Assembly (NCBI GenBank): GCA_000004695.1
Contig: CM000152.2
Span: 3,296,001-3,360,000 of the forward strand
DNA length: 64,000 nt
Origin: Dictyostelium discoideum
Lineage: Eukaryota
Direction of reading: 5' to 3'
The notes below the pieces were generated by a model that did no database searches, was not told the origin of the DNA, and saw nothing but the letters and a program-made list of their open reading frames with translations. Position numbers and translations under genes: made by a program. Positions 27,965 to 40,776 of the stretch are shown here, one piece after another. Each line of letters opens with the position of its first letter. The first letter of the stretch is position 1.

Positions 27965-28460
27965 ATGGTAGCAATAAATGAAGAATTTATTAAAAAAAAT
28001 ATATTGGATGAAAATGCTAATATATTTGGAGCATGTATAATTGGTGCACCAGAATGTATGGTACTTTCAAAATTAAATTTTGAAATTTCAAATGAAGAAG
28101 TTAAAAGATTAACAGAAGTTTTCACACTTTTCCGTGAAAATCCATTAGTAATTGGTGGTAAAATTTATACAAGAACAAAAACAACATCAAGTTATATTCT
28201 TGCAAAAAATGTAAATCTATTAAATTTTAATATTTAATATTTTTTTTTTAATTATTAATATTTTTTTTTTTTTTTTTTTTTTTTCTCTCTCTCTCCCTCT
28301 CTCTCACCTCTCATACTCACAAAAAAAGGATACAACTGGTATTGCATTATTTCAAAATAATATGGGTTTGATAGCGGTAGCAAAATTTTTAGATAACTCA
28401 ATAGAACCAGAAAGATTATTAAAAATTTTACAAAGTGCAATTTTAAAAGCTTTATTATAA
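27965..28460 (+). CDS. Profilin-like small protein (~126 aa). Exons 27965..28210 and 28329..28460.
   Basis: Exon 1 ends ...LVIGGKIYTRTKTTSSYILAKN|GTAAAT. The intron contains a (CT)n tract, with AG at 28327-28328. Exon 2 reads DTTGIALFQNNMGLIAVAKFLDNSIEPERLLKILQSAILKALL*. The pattern IIGAPE...NPLVIGGKIY...TGIAL...IAVAKF fits the profilin fold (AAIIG...GLFLGGxKY...GGITIKKT...). This is weak, recognition-only similarity. Confidence 0.4.
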
Positions 28461-28589
28461 TAATAAAATTTTTTACAAATAATATCAATTAAAAAAATAA
28501 ATAAAATTATATTAATTTTTTTTAAAATTTTAAATTTCTTTTTTTTTTTGGTGTGAAAATGGAATATTTATTTTTTTTATTTTTTTATT

Positions 28590-29577
28590 CTATAGTTTTT
28601 TACCAGTTAATTGTTCATACTCTGCTTTAAAAGTATCTAAATTATTTGATAATTCATTATCAATATCAGTCATTGCTTGATTATATTCTCTTCTCATTCT
28701 TTTATATCTTTCTAAAGCGACTTGAGCAATTGTATTCATTTCTTCAGTTCTATCAATTGATACATCATTTAAAATGAATTTCCATGCAGGATCTAAATTT
28801 TTAAAATCTGTGTGAAATGAAATACATGCTTTTAAAAATGTTGGAAAATTAATTGTATTATTTTCATTATTATTTTCATTATTATTTTGATTATTATTAG
28901 TATTTTTATTAATAAATTTTTGAATATAATTATCAGTATATTCAGATCCTTTCGAATTTTGAAGAAATGATTTCAATTCATTGAAATCCAATAAATGATT
29001 TAAATCTTTGTCTAATTCATCCCTATAAAAAATTTTATATTGTGATATAAATTCTTGAGAAAGGAATTTCCTTGAATTTAATTCCTCATCACTAAAAAAG
29101 ATATCATAATAATCAATTTTCTTTGAATCATAACCTTTTAATTGTTTAATTAAATTTTGATAATCCTCTAAAAAACTCTCTTCTCTATTTAATTTATTAA
29201 TGATTTCATTTTTAAAAATTCCTTTAATTTTCTCTTGTTGCTTATTTTTTAAATTGATTTTTAATTTTTATTATTATTATAATTGAAAAAAAAATAAAAA
29301 AAGAAATAAATTCAATTCAATTAAATTAAATTATAAAAATTTAATATAAAATTGAATTATTAATTGGATTATTATAAAAAGTGTATTGAAAAAAACAAAA
29401 AAAAATAAAATTAAAAAAAAAAGAGTGAGATTAGTTTGAGATTTAAAAAAAAAAAAAGAAAAAATGAATGAAATGGTGGGGGTGTGAAAAAAATAGTATT
29501 TAAAAACTTACTCCATGTGCGATTTTATTTAAAAATAGAATCAAAAAAATTGAATATAGAATAATTTTTTTTTTCAT
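28590..29577 (-). CDS. Secreted N-rich protein of unknown function (signal peptide). Exons 29577..29512 and 29240..28590.
   Basis: The long ORF is open upstream with no Met. Exon 1 reads ATG...MKKKIILYSIFLILFLNKIAHG|GTAAGT, a textbook signal peptide, with a phase-0 donor at 29511. The acceptor ...aaaaaataAG at 29242-29241 restores the frame into QQEKIKGIF... Confidence 0.5.
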
Positions 29578-30247
29578 GATATTTGTTTTTAATATTAACT
29601 AAAACCAAACAAACCCCCCTTTGCAAAAATAAAAAATAATTATTTTTAAAAAAAAATAAAAAAAAATTAAAAAAAATTAAAAAAAAAAATAATTATAAAA
29701 ATAAAAAAATAACATTGTTTTTAATATTTAATTATTTTATTATAATTTTTAATTTATTTTTAATTTTTTTTGTGTTTATTATGATTTTTTTTTTTTTTTT
29801 TAAACATTTAAATTTATTATCCTAAAATCATTTTTTTAATTAAAAACAATCGATTAAAATACATTATTAATAAATCAACGAAATCTTGGATATTTTTTTT
29901 TTTTTTTATTTTTTAATTCGTGTATTATATTTTATTTAATTAAATAAATTCAAAATATATGTGTTTCTTTTTTTTTTTTTTTTTTTTTTTTTTAGTTTTA
30001 AGATTAATTTTTTGTTGTTACTATTAATATTTTACAAAGAATTGAGGTTTGTTTGTGCATCACCTGACGATTAAAAATTAATACTTGAAATACAAAAGAT
30101 CTAATTACATTCACAATTATTATATTAAAAAAATAAAAAATAAAAAAATAAAAAAAAAAAATTAAAAAATTTGAAAAATGAAAATCATAAATTTCAGATT
30201 TGAGATGTGGTGTTATAATTAGATTTTTTTAATTTTGATTATAAAAA

Positions 30248-30299
<52 letters not shown>

Positions 30300-30558
30300 T
30301 ATTTTTTTTTTTTTTCATTAAATATTATTTTTTTTTTTTTTTTAATTTAATTTTTCAAACCTATTCCAAAAAATAATTTTTGGATAATTAACTTTAAGTG
30401 AAATAAATCTCTTTAATTTTAATAAAAATAAAAATAAATATTAATAAAAAATAATAACAAACAATAATTTAAATAATAATTTTTAAATTTATTATTTTAA
30501 ATTTAATAATTTAATTTAAAAAAAAAAATTAAAAAAATTAAAAAAAAAAAAAAAAAAA

Positions 30559-32056
30559 ATGCCAAGTGATGAAGATTTTTTTAATAATTTACCAATAAAT
30601 TTACAAAAACAAATTTTAAGTAATTTATTTTTAAATAATTTTCAAATTTATAATAAAACAATATCAAAATCAACATTTACAAATGACTGTTATATTGAAA
30701 ATAATTTACAATTAGAATTTAAAAATAATGAATGTTTTAATAATAGTATTTATATAATTTCATTATCATTAGTTTGCAAATTATGGGCAATTTCATTAAT
30801 ACCAGGTGCATTTGATACAAATGGATACCAATTTGTAATTAATAATAGAAAAGATTATTTATACTTTTTAAAATGGAGTCAACATGGAATAATTGAAAGA
30901 ACAAAAAAATGGTATGGTAAATTAAAATTAAATTTTAGTAGTAAAAAAAAGAAACCAAAATATCCACCAATTAAATTCGATTGGAATAATGTTATAATTA
31001 ATTATATTAATCCACCTGAATTAACAATTCCAAAAGATATTCAAAATATTTCAATGATAAATAGTCAATTATTAATTAATCAATCATCATCAACCTCATC
31101 ACCATCAACATCATTTTTGTCATCAATTTATTCTGACACAAATTCAGATTCAAGTTCTGATTTTGATATTGGTAATTCAACAACTACTGTAATAACAAGT
31201 TCAATTACATGTCAATCATTATCAAATTCAGCAGTGATTGGTAATGGAAGTGGTACCGCAACAACTATTCATCATAGTATTAGTAATGGTAATTTATCAG
31301 CATGTTCAAACTCAACTTTATCAACACCAACATCATCACCAAAATTAACAAATCATAATAAACATCGTAATCCAAGTAATGGTAATATAATAAACCATTT
31401 ACAACAACAACAAAATTTACAAACATTAAAAATAAAAATGAATTCTAATAATGCTAAAGAAACCGATACATTTATTGATTTAGTTAATAAGAATGCAAAT
31501 TTAAAACATTTAGAAATTGATAGATCTGAAATTTCATATTTTAGTAATATCGGTGGTGGTAGTTCAAGTATTGCTTTATATGATACACTTTCAAATCTTT
31601 TGCATTTACAAGTTTTAAAAATTCAAATGACACTTAATGGTGGTACACCAATTCATCATTTAGGTCTATTAACTAATATAAAGAAATTATATGTTGAATT
31701 TATACCATCACCAACAAGTGAAGGACGTTGTGATTGGAATAATTTAGAATATTTATTAAAAAATGCACCTGAAATTGAAACACTTTCAATTAAAGATTGC
31801 AATCGTATTCCATTTTCAAACATATTCACTGTCTTAACCAATAATAGAAGTTTAACAGAATTAGATATTCAAGAATGTATTTCACCATTATCAATAATTA
31901 ATAATAGTAGTGGTAATTTATTAAATTTATTAACAACAAATAATAATAATACAAATAATACAAATAATACAAATAATACAACCAATAATTGTAATAATAG
32001 TAATGGTAGCAATATATCAATATCAATAAATGGTAATACTTTAAACCAAAGTACAA

Positions 32057-32101
<45 letters not shown>

Positions 32102-33126
32102 TAGGTGGTGGTGGTGGTGGTACAATTAATACTAGTACTAGAGTTTTAGCAAGTCATATTGATGAATTTCCATATTTAGGGTTAAAAGAATTTTTAATTA
32201 CAAATAATTTTATACAAAGTTTATCATTAAGATTTACAGGTATTGCATCACCAACTTTATTAAATTCACAAAATGAATTTACATTATCATCAAGTTCATT
32301 AGAGAAATTATCATTATTTAAATTAAATGATAAAGATAAATTAAATATTTCAATTAATATACCAACTTTAAAAGAATTGGTATTACTTCCATATAGAAAT
32401 AGAGGTTTGATAAAGTTTATTAAATCTTCTAAAAAGATATCAAGATTATCATTATATAGACAACCTTTTTCAAATAATAGTACCAATTCTACAACAACAA
32501 CAACAACATGTCTACCAAGTAAACAATGTTTTGAAATGGATGAACTTTTAAGAGCGATAAATAGGAATTACAATTTACAAGCATTTTACAATCATAATTA
32601 TATACCACAAATTAATGCAATTGATTTCATAAAATCAAATCATCCATCAGTTACAAGTTTTATTCATTTTAATGAGAATATTAAACATTTGGAAAATGAT
32701 TTAATTGAATCGATTTGTATAAATTCTAGAATAGAATCACTGACTTTAATGTTTAACAGTTCAACATCTATCATGTTTGGTGTTGATGATGGTGAGCCTA
32801 TATCAGAACTATGTGTAATAATGATCATTTTCAAATTGATCACTTCTGTGCTTGCTAGAAATCATACTTTAAAATCTTTGAAAATCATTGATTGTTCAAA
32901 TGATGTTCAAGAGAATTTAAATTCTTGTTCAACTGGTTTCGGTTGTCCACATTTTGGTTACTGTAAACTTTACCAAAATCAATTATCTCAATTATTTAAA
33001 TCAACTAGTATCCTTCAATTTTATTTCCCATTTTATATGAAAAAATATTTTGAAAAATATTTAATTCATTCTTCAAAATTATATTCTTTCATTTTAAAAG
33101 ATAATGAATTATTACCATTTTCTTAA
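30559..33126 (+). CDS. F-box-like/LRR-like protein, 855 aa, single exon
   Basis: An N-terminal F-box-like motif (FNNLPINLQKQILSNLF) is followed by leucine-rich repeat-like segments (LKHLEIDRSEI..., LHLQVLKIQ..., IETLSIKDCNRI..., LTELDIQEC...). There are poly-N/S/T tracts. Confidence 0.5.
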
Positions 33127-33288
33127 AATATATATTTTTATTCTTTTTTTTTCTTCTCTTTCTCTTTTATTTAAAATAAATATGTATAATTGTATAATAA
33201 ATAATAAATAATAAATAATAAATAATAAATAATAAATAAAAAATTGTAAACAAAAATATTTTTTTTTTTTTTTTTTTTATTTGTTTAA

Positions 33289-34048
33289 TTAAATGAATAT
33301 TGGATTCGAAGAATCTAATGATTTTGGAATAATATCAATTGAATCTTTTGTATATAAAAATATTTTTAAAGAATTATCATCATTGATATGTTGCCATCTT
33401 TCAAATGGATAAACTATAGTTGCAATTCTAATTGATTTATGATTTGTTGATTCACTATCATTGTCTCTAATTAATTTCTTTACTTTTGATTCAATTACTT
33501 TTAATGCTCTTGGTATTAAATAACATGTTAAAATGGTTGGATAAATTAATTTATTATTATTATCATTATTATTATTATTATTATATAATCCAATTGAACT
33601 TAATTTAAAATCAAATGATTCATTTGCAAAATCTTGTACTTTAAATAAAACTAAATGGTCAACACCTTCTTTTTTTGCATTTTCATTTGCAGATTTAATT
33701 AATTCTGGGTTAATATCTAATCCAATACCTCTGATTCCATAGTGTTTTGCTGCGTATATTACAATTCTACCGTCTCCACAACCTAAATCTAATACAACGT
33801 CATCACTATCTATTGATGATATTTCTAACATACTTTTAATTGATATTTCTGATGATGTTGCATATGGGCACTATTAAAAATAAAATAAAAAAAATAAAAA
33901 AAGTATTAGTATGTGATTTTAATTAAAGAAAAAAAAAAATAAAATAAAAATAATTTATAAAAAAAAAGATAATTACAATTTGGTTTGGGAGTGGATCTTC
34001 TTCATCTAAAAATGGTTGAGTCCATTCTTCATCGGAATCACATTGCAT
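33289..34048 (-). CDS. Class I SAM-dependent methyltransferase. Exons 34048..33977 and 33870..33289.
   Basis: Motif I is VLDLGCGDGRIVIYAAK and a post-I acidic residue is at GLDINPE. The ORF is open upstream of the internal Met back to a stop. An upstream exon MQCDSDEEWTQPFLDEEDPLPNQI|GTAATT joins at the acceptor tttttaatAG|TGCCCA... in phase 0. Alternative model: the start is the internal ATG at 33831. Confidence 0.55.
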
Positions 34049-34092
34049 TATATATATTTATATAAAACACGACAATGTTTTTTCGTCAGTCG

Positions 34093-34145
<53 letters not shown>

Positions 34146-34747
34146 AAAAATAAAAATGAAAAAAAAATAAAAAAATATGTTTGGAAAAAAAAAAAAAAAA
34201 AAAAAAAAAAGAAAATAAAAAAAATTAAAAAAAAAAATATTGTTTAAATAAGTAATATTTAGAAAATTATGTTTTGATCTATTTTTGTTATTTTTTGTTT
34301 TTAAATTTATCCATAATAAGTTATTTTTTTTTTAAAACTATTATTTAATAAAGTTCCAAAAAAAGTCATCATAACTTTAATTAAAAACAATTTCAAAAAA
34401 AAAAAATAAAAAATATAAAAAAAAAAAATTTAATTTGGTTTTTACATTTCAAAAAATTAATAAAAATTTTTTTTTTTTTTTTTTTTTTCTTTTTACACAC
34501 TTACACAAACATAAATAAAAAAAAAAAAATACCTGTACAATTAGTTTAACAATAAATAAAAAGTTAAACTTTTTGAATCAGTGTATTAATAATAAAATAA
34601 AAAACGACACGTCCAAACAATCATTTTTCACACCTCTTCATTATCTCAAAGAGTCTTTTTAAGGGTCATAGGCCATCATTAATTGTTGCGAACACCTTTG
34701 GGATTGGTTTTGTTTTATTTTGTTACTACAAATTAAGATTATTAAAA

Positions 34748-34943
34748 ATGAATTCTCCATCTTCATCATCATCATCTACATCAACTACTACAACTACTAC
34801 AACAACACCAAATTCAAATTTATCAATATGGAGTTTAAGTTATTATATTAATTTATGGAGTAAGAATTTTATTTTATTTATTTATTTTTAAATGATGATG
34901 AAAAGAAGATAGATATTAATATTTTAAAAATAATATTAATATT

Positions 34944-35025
<82 letters not shown>

Positions 35026-36198
35026 TAAACTATCAACAACAATAAATAAACAATAGATAAACAATTTACAGAACCAGATTCAAGCGAAGAAACTAGAAAA
35101 ACGGTGTTACGTTTAACAGAAAGATTCGGAGAGACTCATCCAGCATTTAGGATGGCTTCTTATAATGAAGCCGTTTCATTTGCAAAGAGTAAATTCAAAT
35201 TTTTAATAGTTTATATACATTCATCACAACATCCTTCTTCGAATAGTTTTTGCAAGTATGTTTTATCTTTATTTATTATTATCATTTGTTTTTGATTTTA
35301 TACTTACCAAAAATAAAATAATAAAGAGAGGTGTTATTTACAAAAGAAATTAAAGAATTTATTGAAGCAAATTATATATTTTGGGTATGTGATGTTTCAA
35401 CATCGATTGGTTTGAGAATGTGTAATTTATTAGAAGTTACAACTTTTCCAGCATTATCATTAATTTGTTGTAACAATGTACCAGGTTTAACAACATCATC
35501 ACAACCAGTGAGATTGGAATTATTCCAAGGTAATCAACTATCAACAAAGCAATCTGCAATGACAATTATTAGAACTTCAGCTTCACATTATGAACCTTCT
35601 TTAATTGCTGCTAAAGCTGATCAGTAAGTAAAATAAATAAATTAATAAATAAATATTAATAAATAAATATTTATAAAAATTCTAATAATCATTATGTGTA
35701 TACATATATATATATAGCGATTTAAGAGAACAAGATAGATTTATTAGACAAGAACAAGATGAAGCATTTTATCAATCACTTAAAGAGGATCAAGAAAAAG
35801 AAAGAATTAGATTAGAAAAAGAGGAACTAGAAAGATTAGAGAAAGAAAGAGAAGAAAAAGAAGAACAAGATAGAATAGATTTCCAAAGAGAATTGGAAGA
35901 AAGAAAACAAAGAAAACAAAAATTATTTATTAATGAGCCAAAACAAAAACAACAAAATGGTGTGGATGTCACTAAATTAGTCATTAGATTACATGATGGT
36001 TCAAAATTACAAAGAAACTTTTTAATCACTGATACAATCGAATTTGTAATGGATTTCATAGATACTCATATCCAAGAACCAATTGAAAACTATGTACTAT
36101 CAACTCATTATCCAAAGAAACAACTCTCAAATTTAAAATCCACCTTAAAAGATGAAGGTTTATATCCAGACTCTGTTTTATTTTTATCAGAATTATAA
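34748..36198 (+). CDS. UAS (thioredoxin-like) + UBX domain protein, FAF2/UBXD8-like, with an N-terminal hydrophobic hairpin. Exons 34748..34859, 35072..35255, 35327..35623, 35718..36198.
   Basis: Four exons with GTAAGA/GTATGT/GTAAGT donors and AG acceptors, with phases 1, 2, 2 consistent. The UAS region reads KFKFLIVYIHSSQHPSSNSFCK|KEVLFTKEIKEFIEANYIFWVCDV... The coiled-coil linker is E/R/K-rich. The C-terminal UBX reads TKLVIRLHDGSKLQRNFLITDTIEFVMDFI...LSTHYPKKQL...LYPDSVLFLSEL*. Confidence 0.7.
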
Positions 36199-36318
36199 AA
36201 AAAAAAAAAAAATATAGCTTTTTTAAAAGAGAATTTTAAATAAATAAATTGGAGAGTTTATTACTATTTTAAAATAACTTCTTTTTTTTTAAAAAAAAAA
36301 ATAAAAAAAAAGTATGTT

Positions 36319-36349
<31 letters not shown>

Positions 36350-36450
36350 ATAAAAGAAAAAAAAAAAGAATTAAGAAAAAAAAAAAAAAAAAAAAGATAT
36401 ATACATTGTCTTAATACAAACTTTTTTTTTTTTCTTTTTTTTAGGTAATT

Positions 36451-36493
<43 letters not shown>

Positions 36494-36499
<6 letters not shown>

Positions 36500-37027
36500 A
36501 ATACATTTTGGAAGAATAAATTGAGTTTGAGGTTGTTGTGTTATTGATTTTCTTCTTGTAGATGTTACCATACTTGGAGAATTATTATCATTAATTGGAT
36601 TTATTATTTTTGAAATATTTGATCTTGAATCTCTTTGTGGTGATTGAATTTGTTGATATTGTTGTTGTTGGGCATGTTGTTGATATTGTTGTTGTTGCAT
36701 TTGTTGTTGCATTTGTTGTTGTTGCTGCATTTGCATTTGTTGTTGTTGTTGATATTGTTGATTTACAGAATGGTGATGAATTTTAATGACAGAGTCTTTT
36801 TTATTTTGTCTTCTTAATTTACTAACAAATGAATCCAATTTTGAGAAATAATCCAAGTAATCCGGTAATGGACATGAAAGATCGAATTGTAGTAAATTTA
36901 AAAATGAAATTTCTAATCTATTTAATTCATCTCTGGTAACACCACCAATATGACTATAGTATTCATTATTATAAAAGATATCTATATTAAAAAAAATAAT
37001 ATATATAAGTATATGTTTTTATTAATT

Positions 37028-37075
<48 letters not shown>

Positions 37076-37365
37076 TTACCATCTATATATTTAGAAGCAA
37101 CCATAATTGCAGTTATTAATAATCTATGAATATTAAAACTATTTATAATAAAATTTGTTTTTGAAATAATTCTATCAATATAAACTATAATCATAATGAA
37201 ACATTCTTTGGAACATGGTGAGAATTTTACAAGTCTAGTTAAATATTCAGTTATTGATATTTTTGGTACTTCGCTTGTAGGAGAAACGAATAGATTTGAA
37301 TGATATTGTGTACCAGCTTTTAATAATATCTATTAATTTTAAAAAATATAAGAAAAAATTGATTA

Positions 37366-37397
<32 letters not shown>

Positions 37398-37718
37398 TTT
37401 ATATTAAAATTTTTTAATTTAATAATAAAATTTAAAATATTAATTAAATCTTACATTATCACCGATTATTGGTAACTCTGTCAAAACATGACATAAACTG
37501 TAAAACAATGGTGTTTGATCTTCCTTTAATTCAACATTTTTGACATTCTCCAAACTATCTTGTATTATATCTAAAACTGTTGGTAATTTATATGGTAATA
37601 CTATATGATGAAAAGGGTGATTATTTAAACTACTATCTGGATACTTTTGTGAATAGTATGGGTCAGATTTCATCAATAAATATTTAGCATTTAATCTTTT
37701 TTGGAATTGGCTTGTCAT
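36494..37718 (-). CDS. PHO80-like (Pcl-type) cyclin. Exons 37718..37455, 37329..37080, 36981..36494.
   Basis: Cyclin box: EYLTRLVKFSPCSKECFIMIIVYIDRI...FNIHRLLITAIMVASKYID|DIFYNNEYYSHIGGVTRDELNRLEISFLNLLQFDL. Donors GTAAGA at 37454 and GTAATT at 37079. Acceptors AG 37331-37330 and 36983-36982. Phases 0 and 1 are consistent. The tail is Q-rich. Confidence 0.65.
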
Positions 37719-39351
37719 TTTTTTTTTTTTTTTATTATTTTATTTTATTTTATTTTATTATTTTATTTTTTTATTTTATTTTATTTTATTTTATTTTATT
37801 TTGTTTATTTATTTAATTTATTTAAATTACTTTATATTTAAAAAAAATTTAAAAATAATTTTTTTAAAAAATAATAAAAAAAAATAAAAATAATTAAAAA
37901 ATTATATGGTATTTTATTACTTGTATTTTTTTTAAACTTATTATTATTATTATTATTATTTCTAATATAAATTTTTATTATAATTATAAAAAATTATAAA
38001 GAAAAATAAAAAAGAAATTATTTAAATAAAAAAAAACTATCTAATGTCGAAAAGTTAATTAATATATTATTTATATTTATATAATTTTTTTATTATTTTT
38101 ATTTTTTTTTTTATTTTTTTTTATTTTTTTTTATTTTTTTTTATTTTTTTTTATTTTTTTTTTATTCTATATTATTAAATTATTTTGTTGTTATATTATA
38201 TTATTTTTTTTTTTTTTTTTTTTTTTTAAATGTTATATCTTATAAAAAACAATTGAAATCGATATTTTAATTTTCTTTTTTTTTATTTTTATTTTTTATT
38301 TTTTATTTTTTATTTTTTATTTTTTATTTTACTTTATTATTTTATTATTTTTTTTAAAATTTTAGATTTGAAATTAAATTGTTAAAATATTAAAAATATT
38401 AATTAAAATTATTTTATTATTTAAATATTAAAAAAAAAAAAAATAAAAAAAAAAAAAAAAATGAAATTTAATAATGTTTTTTGTTTGTTGGTGTGTGTCA
38501 GGGTGTGTTTGTGTGTGTGAAAAATTTTGAGTGTTTTGTTTGGGTATTTGGGAAATTATTATAAAATCATATGAGATAGTTGGTAGTAGAAAAACAACCA
38601 TTAAAATGTACAAATTTAGTAATTTTATCAAGGAGCCCTAAATTTATAAATAATAATTATAATGGAAAAATAATAGGTGGGAATTTTAAAATGTGGTCAT
38701 AGTTTCACTATCACTATCAGTGTTTATTAATTTAAAGTTTATTTAAATTTTTTTTTTTTTTTTTTTTCTGGTTCTTAAAAAATTAAAAAAAATTAATTTT
38801 ATTTTATTTTTAGGTCTATAATTTTAGTGGGTGGGGGTAGTGTTTGGAAATAAAATTAAATTGTTTTTTTTTTTGTTTTTTTTTTTTTGAGATATTATTA
38901 ATTTTTTCAAATTTATTTAATTAATAAAAAAGTAACCCAATCTTTATATAGAAAAAAAAAAAAAAACCAAAAAATTAAATAATTCGTTTTTTTTACAATT
39001 TTTTTAAAAAAAAGGTGCATTATATCTAAAATTTTGTTGGTTTCTAGAATTTTATTTAGATTTAACAAACGAGAACTTTTTTTTTGAATTTTATTTTTTT
39101 TAATTTTTTTTTTAAAATAAACAAGACCAAATTTGGAATAAAATATTAATGGGGATAAAAAAAAGTTATATCGTGTTATATTGTGTTTGTGTTTGTGTGC
39201 ACAATTTTAAATATTAATACATATTTATATTGTGGGTGGTGTAAATAGTTTGAAAAAAAAAAAAAAAAAAAAAAAAAAAACCAATTTATTAATTTTTTTT
39301 CTTTGTCTGGATTTTTTTTTTTTTTTCAAAATTATTCTTTTAATTATTCTT

Positions 39352-39516
39352 TTAATTTTTATTTAATTCTTCAAGATCGTCTCCTAGTAAATTACCATTT
39401 ATATTTTTTGTAGTGTTTTCATCTAAATTTAAATTTATTAACTCAGAATTACCACTACTACAACTACTATTTTTAACTTCTTTTTGTTCATCTCCTTCGA
39501 CATCAACCAATAATAA

Positions 39517-39594
<78 letters not shown>

Positions 39595-39900
39595 GTTACT
39601 ATTATTGGTAATATTAATATTTGAAATTAGATTTGGTGATAAATCTATTAATTCTTCTAAATATGATTCCTTCTTATTATTATTAATATTATTTTCGTTA
39701 TTTGATTTTTTATTTTGTAATTTTGATGTAATTCCAACATTATTTTGGTTATTATCAGTATTATTACTATTTTCATTTCTATTATTATTTTCTGAGAATC
39801 CACCAAATAATTGTTTGGCCAATTTCTCCTTTTCTGGATCTATATTATTATGAGTTTGTTGATGTTTTTGAATTTGTTGTTGTGATAAAGTATTTTGAGT

Positions 39901-39931
<31 letters not shown>

Positions 39932-40397
39932 GGTGTGGCATTTTGTGGTGGAGTTTGTTTATTTCCAACAAATCCTTTTTTAGTCCATAATACCTTTGAT
40001 GGTTTTGGTAAACTAATTTTAGAAAATAAAAAAAAAAATAAAATAATTTTAGTAAATGTCTTTAATGATATTTTTAGATATTTAAAAGTAAAATAAAAAT
40101 AGTAGCAAAATAAAAAATTATAGATTCTAAAAATAAATACCCTATTGGTTTTGGAGCATTTTGATCAGGAACTGTTACTAATTGATTATTTGGATATTGT
40201 GGGTTTTGCTGTTGTTGTTGTTGTTGATTTTGTTGTTGTTGTTGTTGATTTTGTTGTTGTTGTTGATGTTGATGTGGTTGTAATTGTTGATCATTATTGA
40301 CAGGAACTAATGAATTGTTATTTAAATTAATTGTATCATCTTCACCCAAAAGTAATAGTTGTTGTGGTTGTTGAGGTTGTTGAGGGAATAATTGAAG

Positions 40398-40438
<41 letters not shown>

Positions 40439-40693
40439 GATGATTTGATGGAGGTTGATGTTGATGAACTGGGTATAATTGTTGTTGGTTATGATGAGGA
40501 TTAAATGGATCAGGTGGTGGAGGATATTGAAAGTTCAAACCCTTTTCATTTGAATGTGATGAACTACCATCAGATATATCAACCAATGGTGTATTCTTTC
40601 TTTTTTCATATGGAATATATTGTTTTCCTCCAACCTTATTTGAGTAATCATTAAATTTATTAAATATTTTATTAAACTAAAAAAATATAAAAA

Positions 40694-40776
<83 letters not shown>

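Noticed and set aside
27904-28488. Minus-strand ORFs 27904..28125 and 28255..28488
   Set aside because: Antisense to the profilin-like exons and intron, with low-complexity translations.
31656-32486. Minus-strand ORFs inside the F-box/LRR gene (31656..31841, 31898..32125, 32154..32486)
   Set aside because: Antisense or alternate-frame. The 31898 ORF is poly-Y from (AAT)n.
35104-36198. Treating ORFs 35104..35295, 35331..35627 and 35893..36198 as three separate small genes
   Set aside because: They have TTG/GTG pseudo-starts, are bounded by GTATGT/GTAAGT and AG signals with compatible phases, and together encode one UAS+UBX protein. They are exons 2-4 of a single gene.
36595-36786. ORF 36595..36786 (+)
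   Set aside because: Antisense poly-V/F reading of the cyclin's Q-rich tail.
38428-38631. ORF 38428..38631 (-)
   Set aside because: Partly a poly-F low-complexity run with no start context. It lies in intergenic GT-rich DNA, and I treat the GT-rich part as a possible regulatory tract instead.
39413-39853. ORF 39413..39853 (+)
   Set aside because: Antisense to the ap4e1 last exon. It is poly-L from the (AAT)n-encoded N-run.
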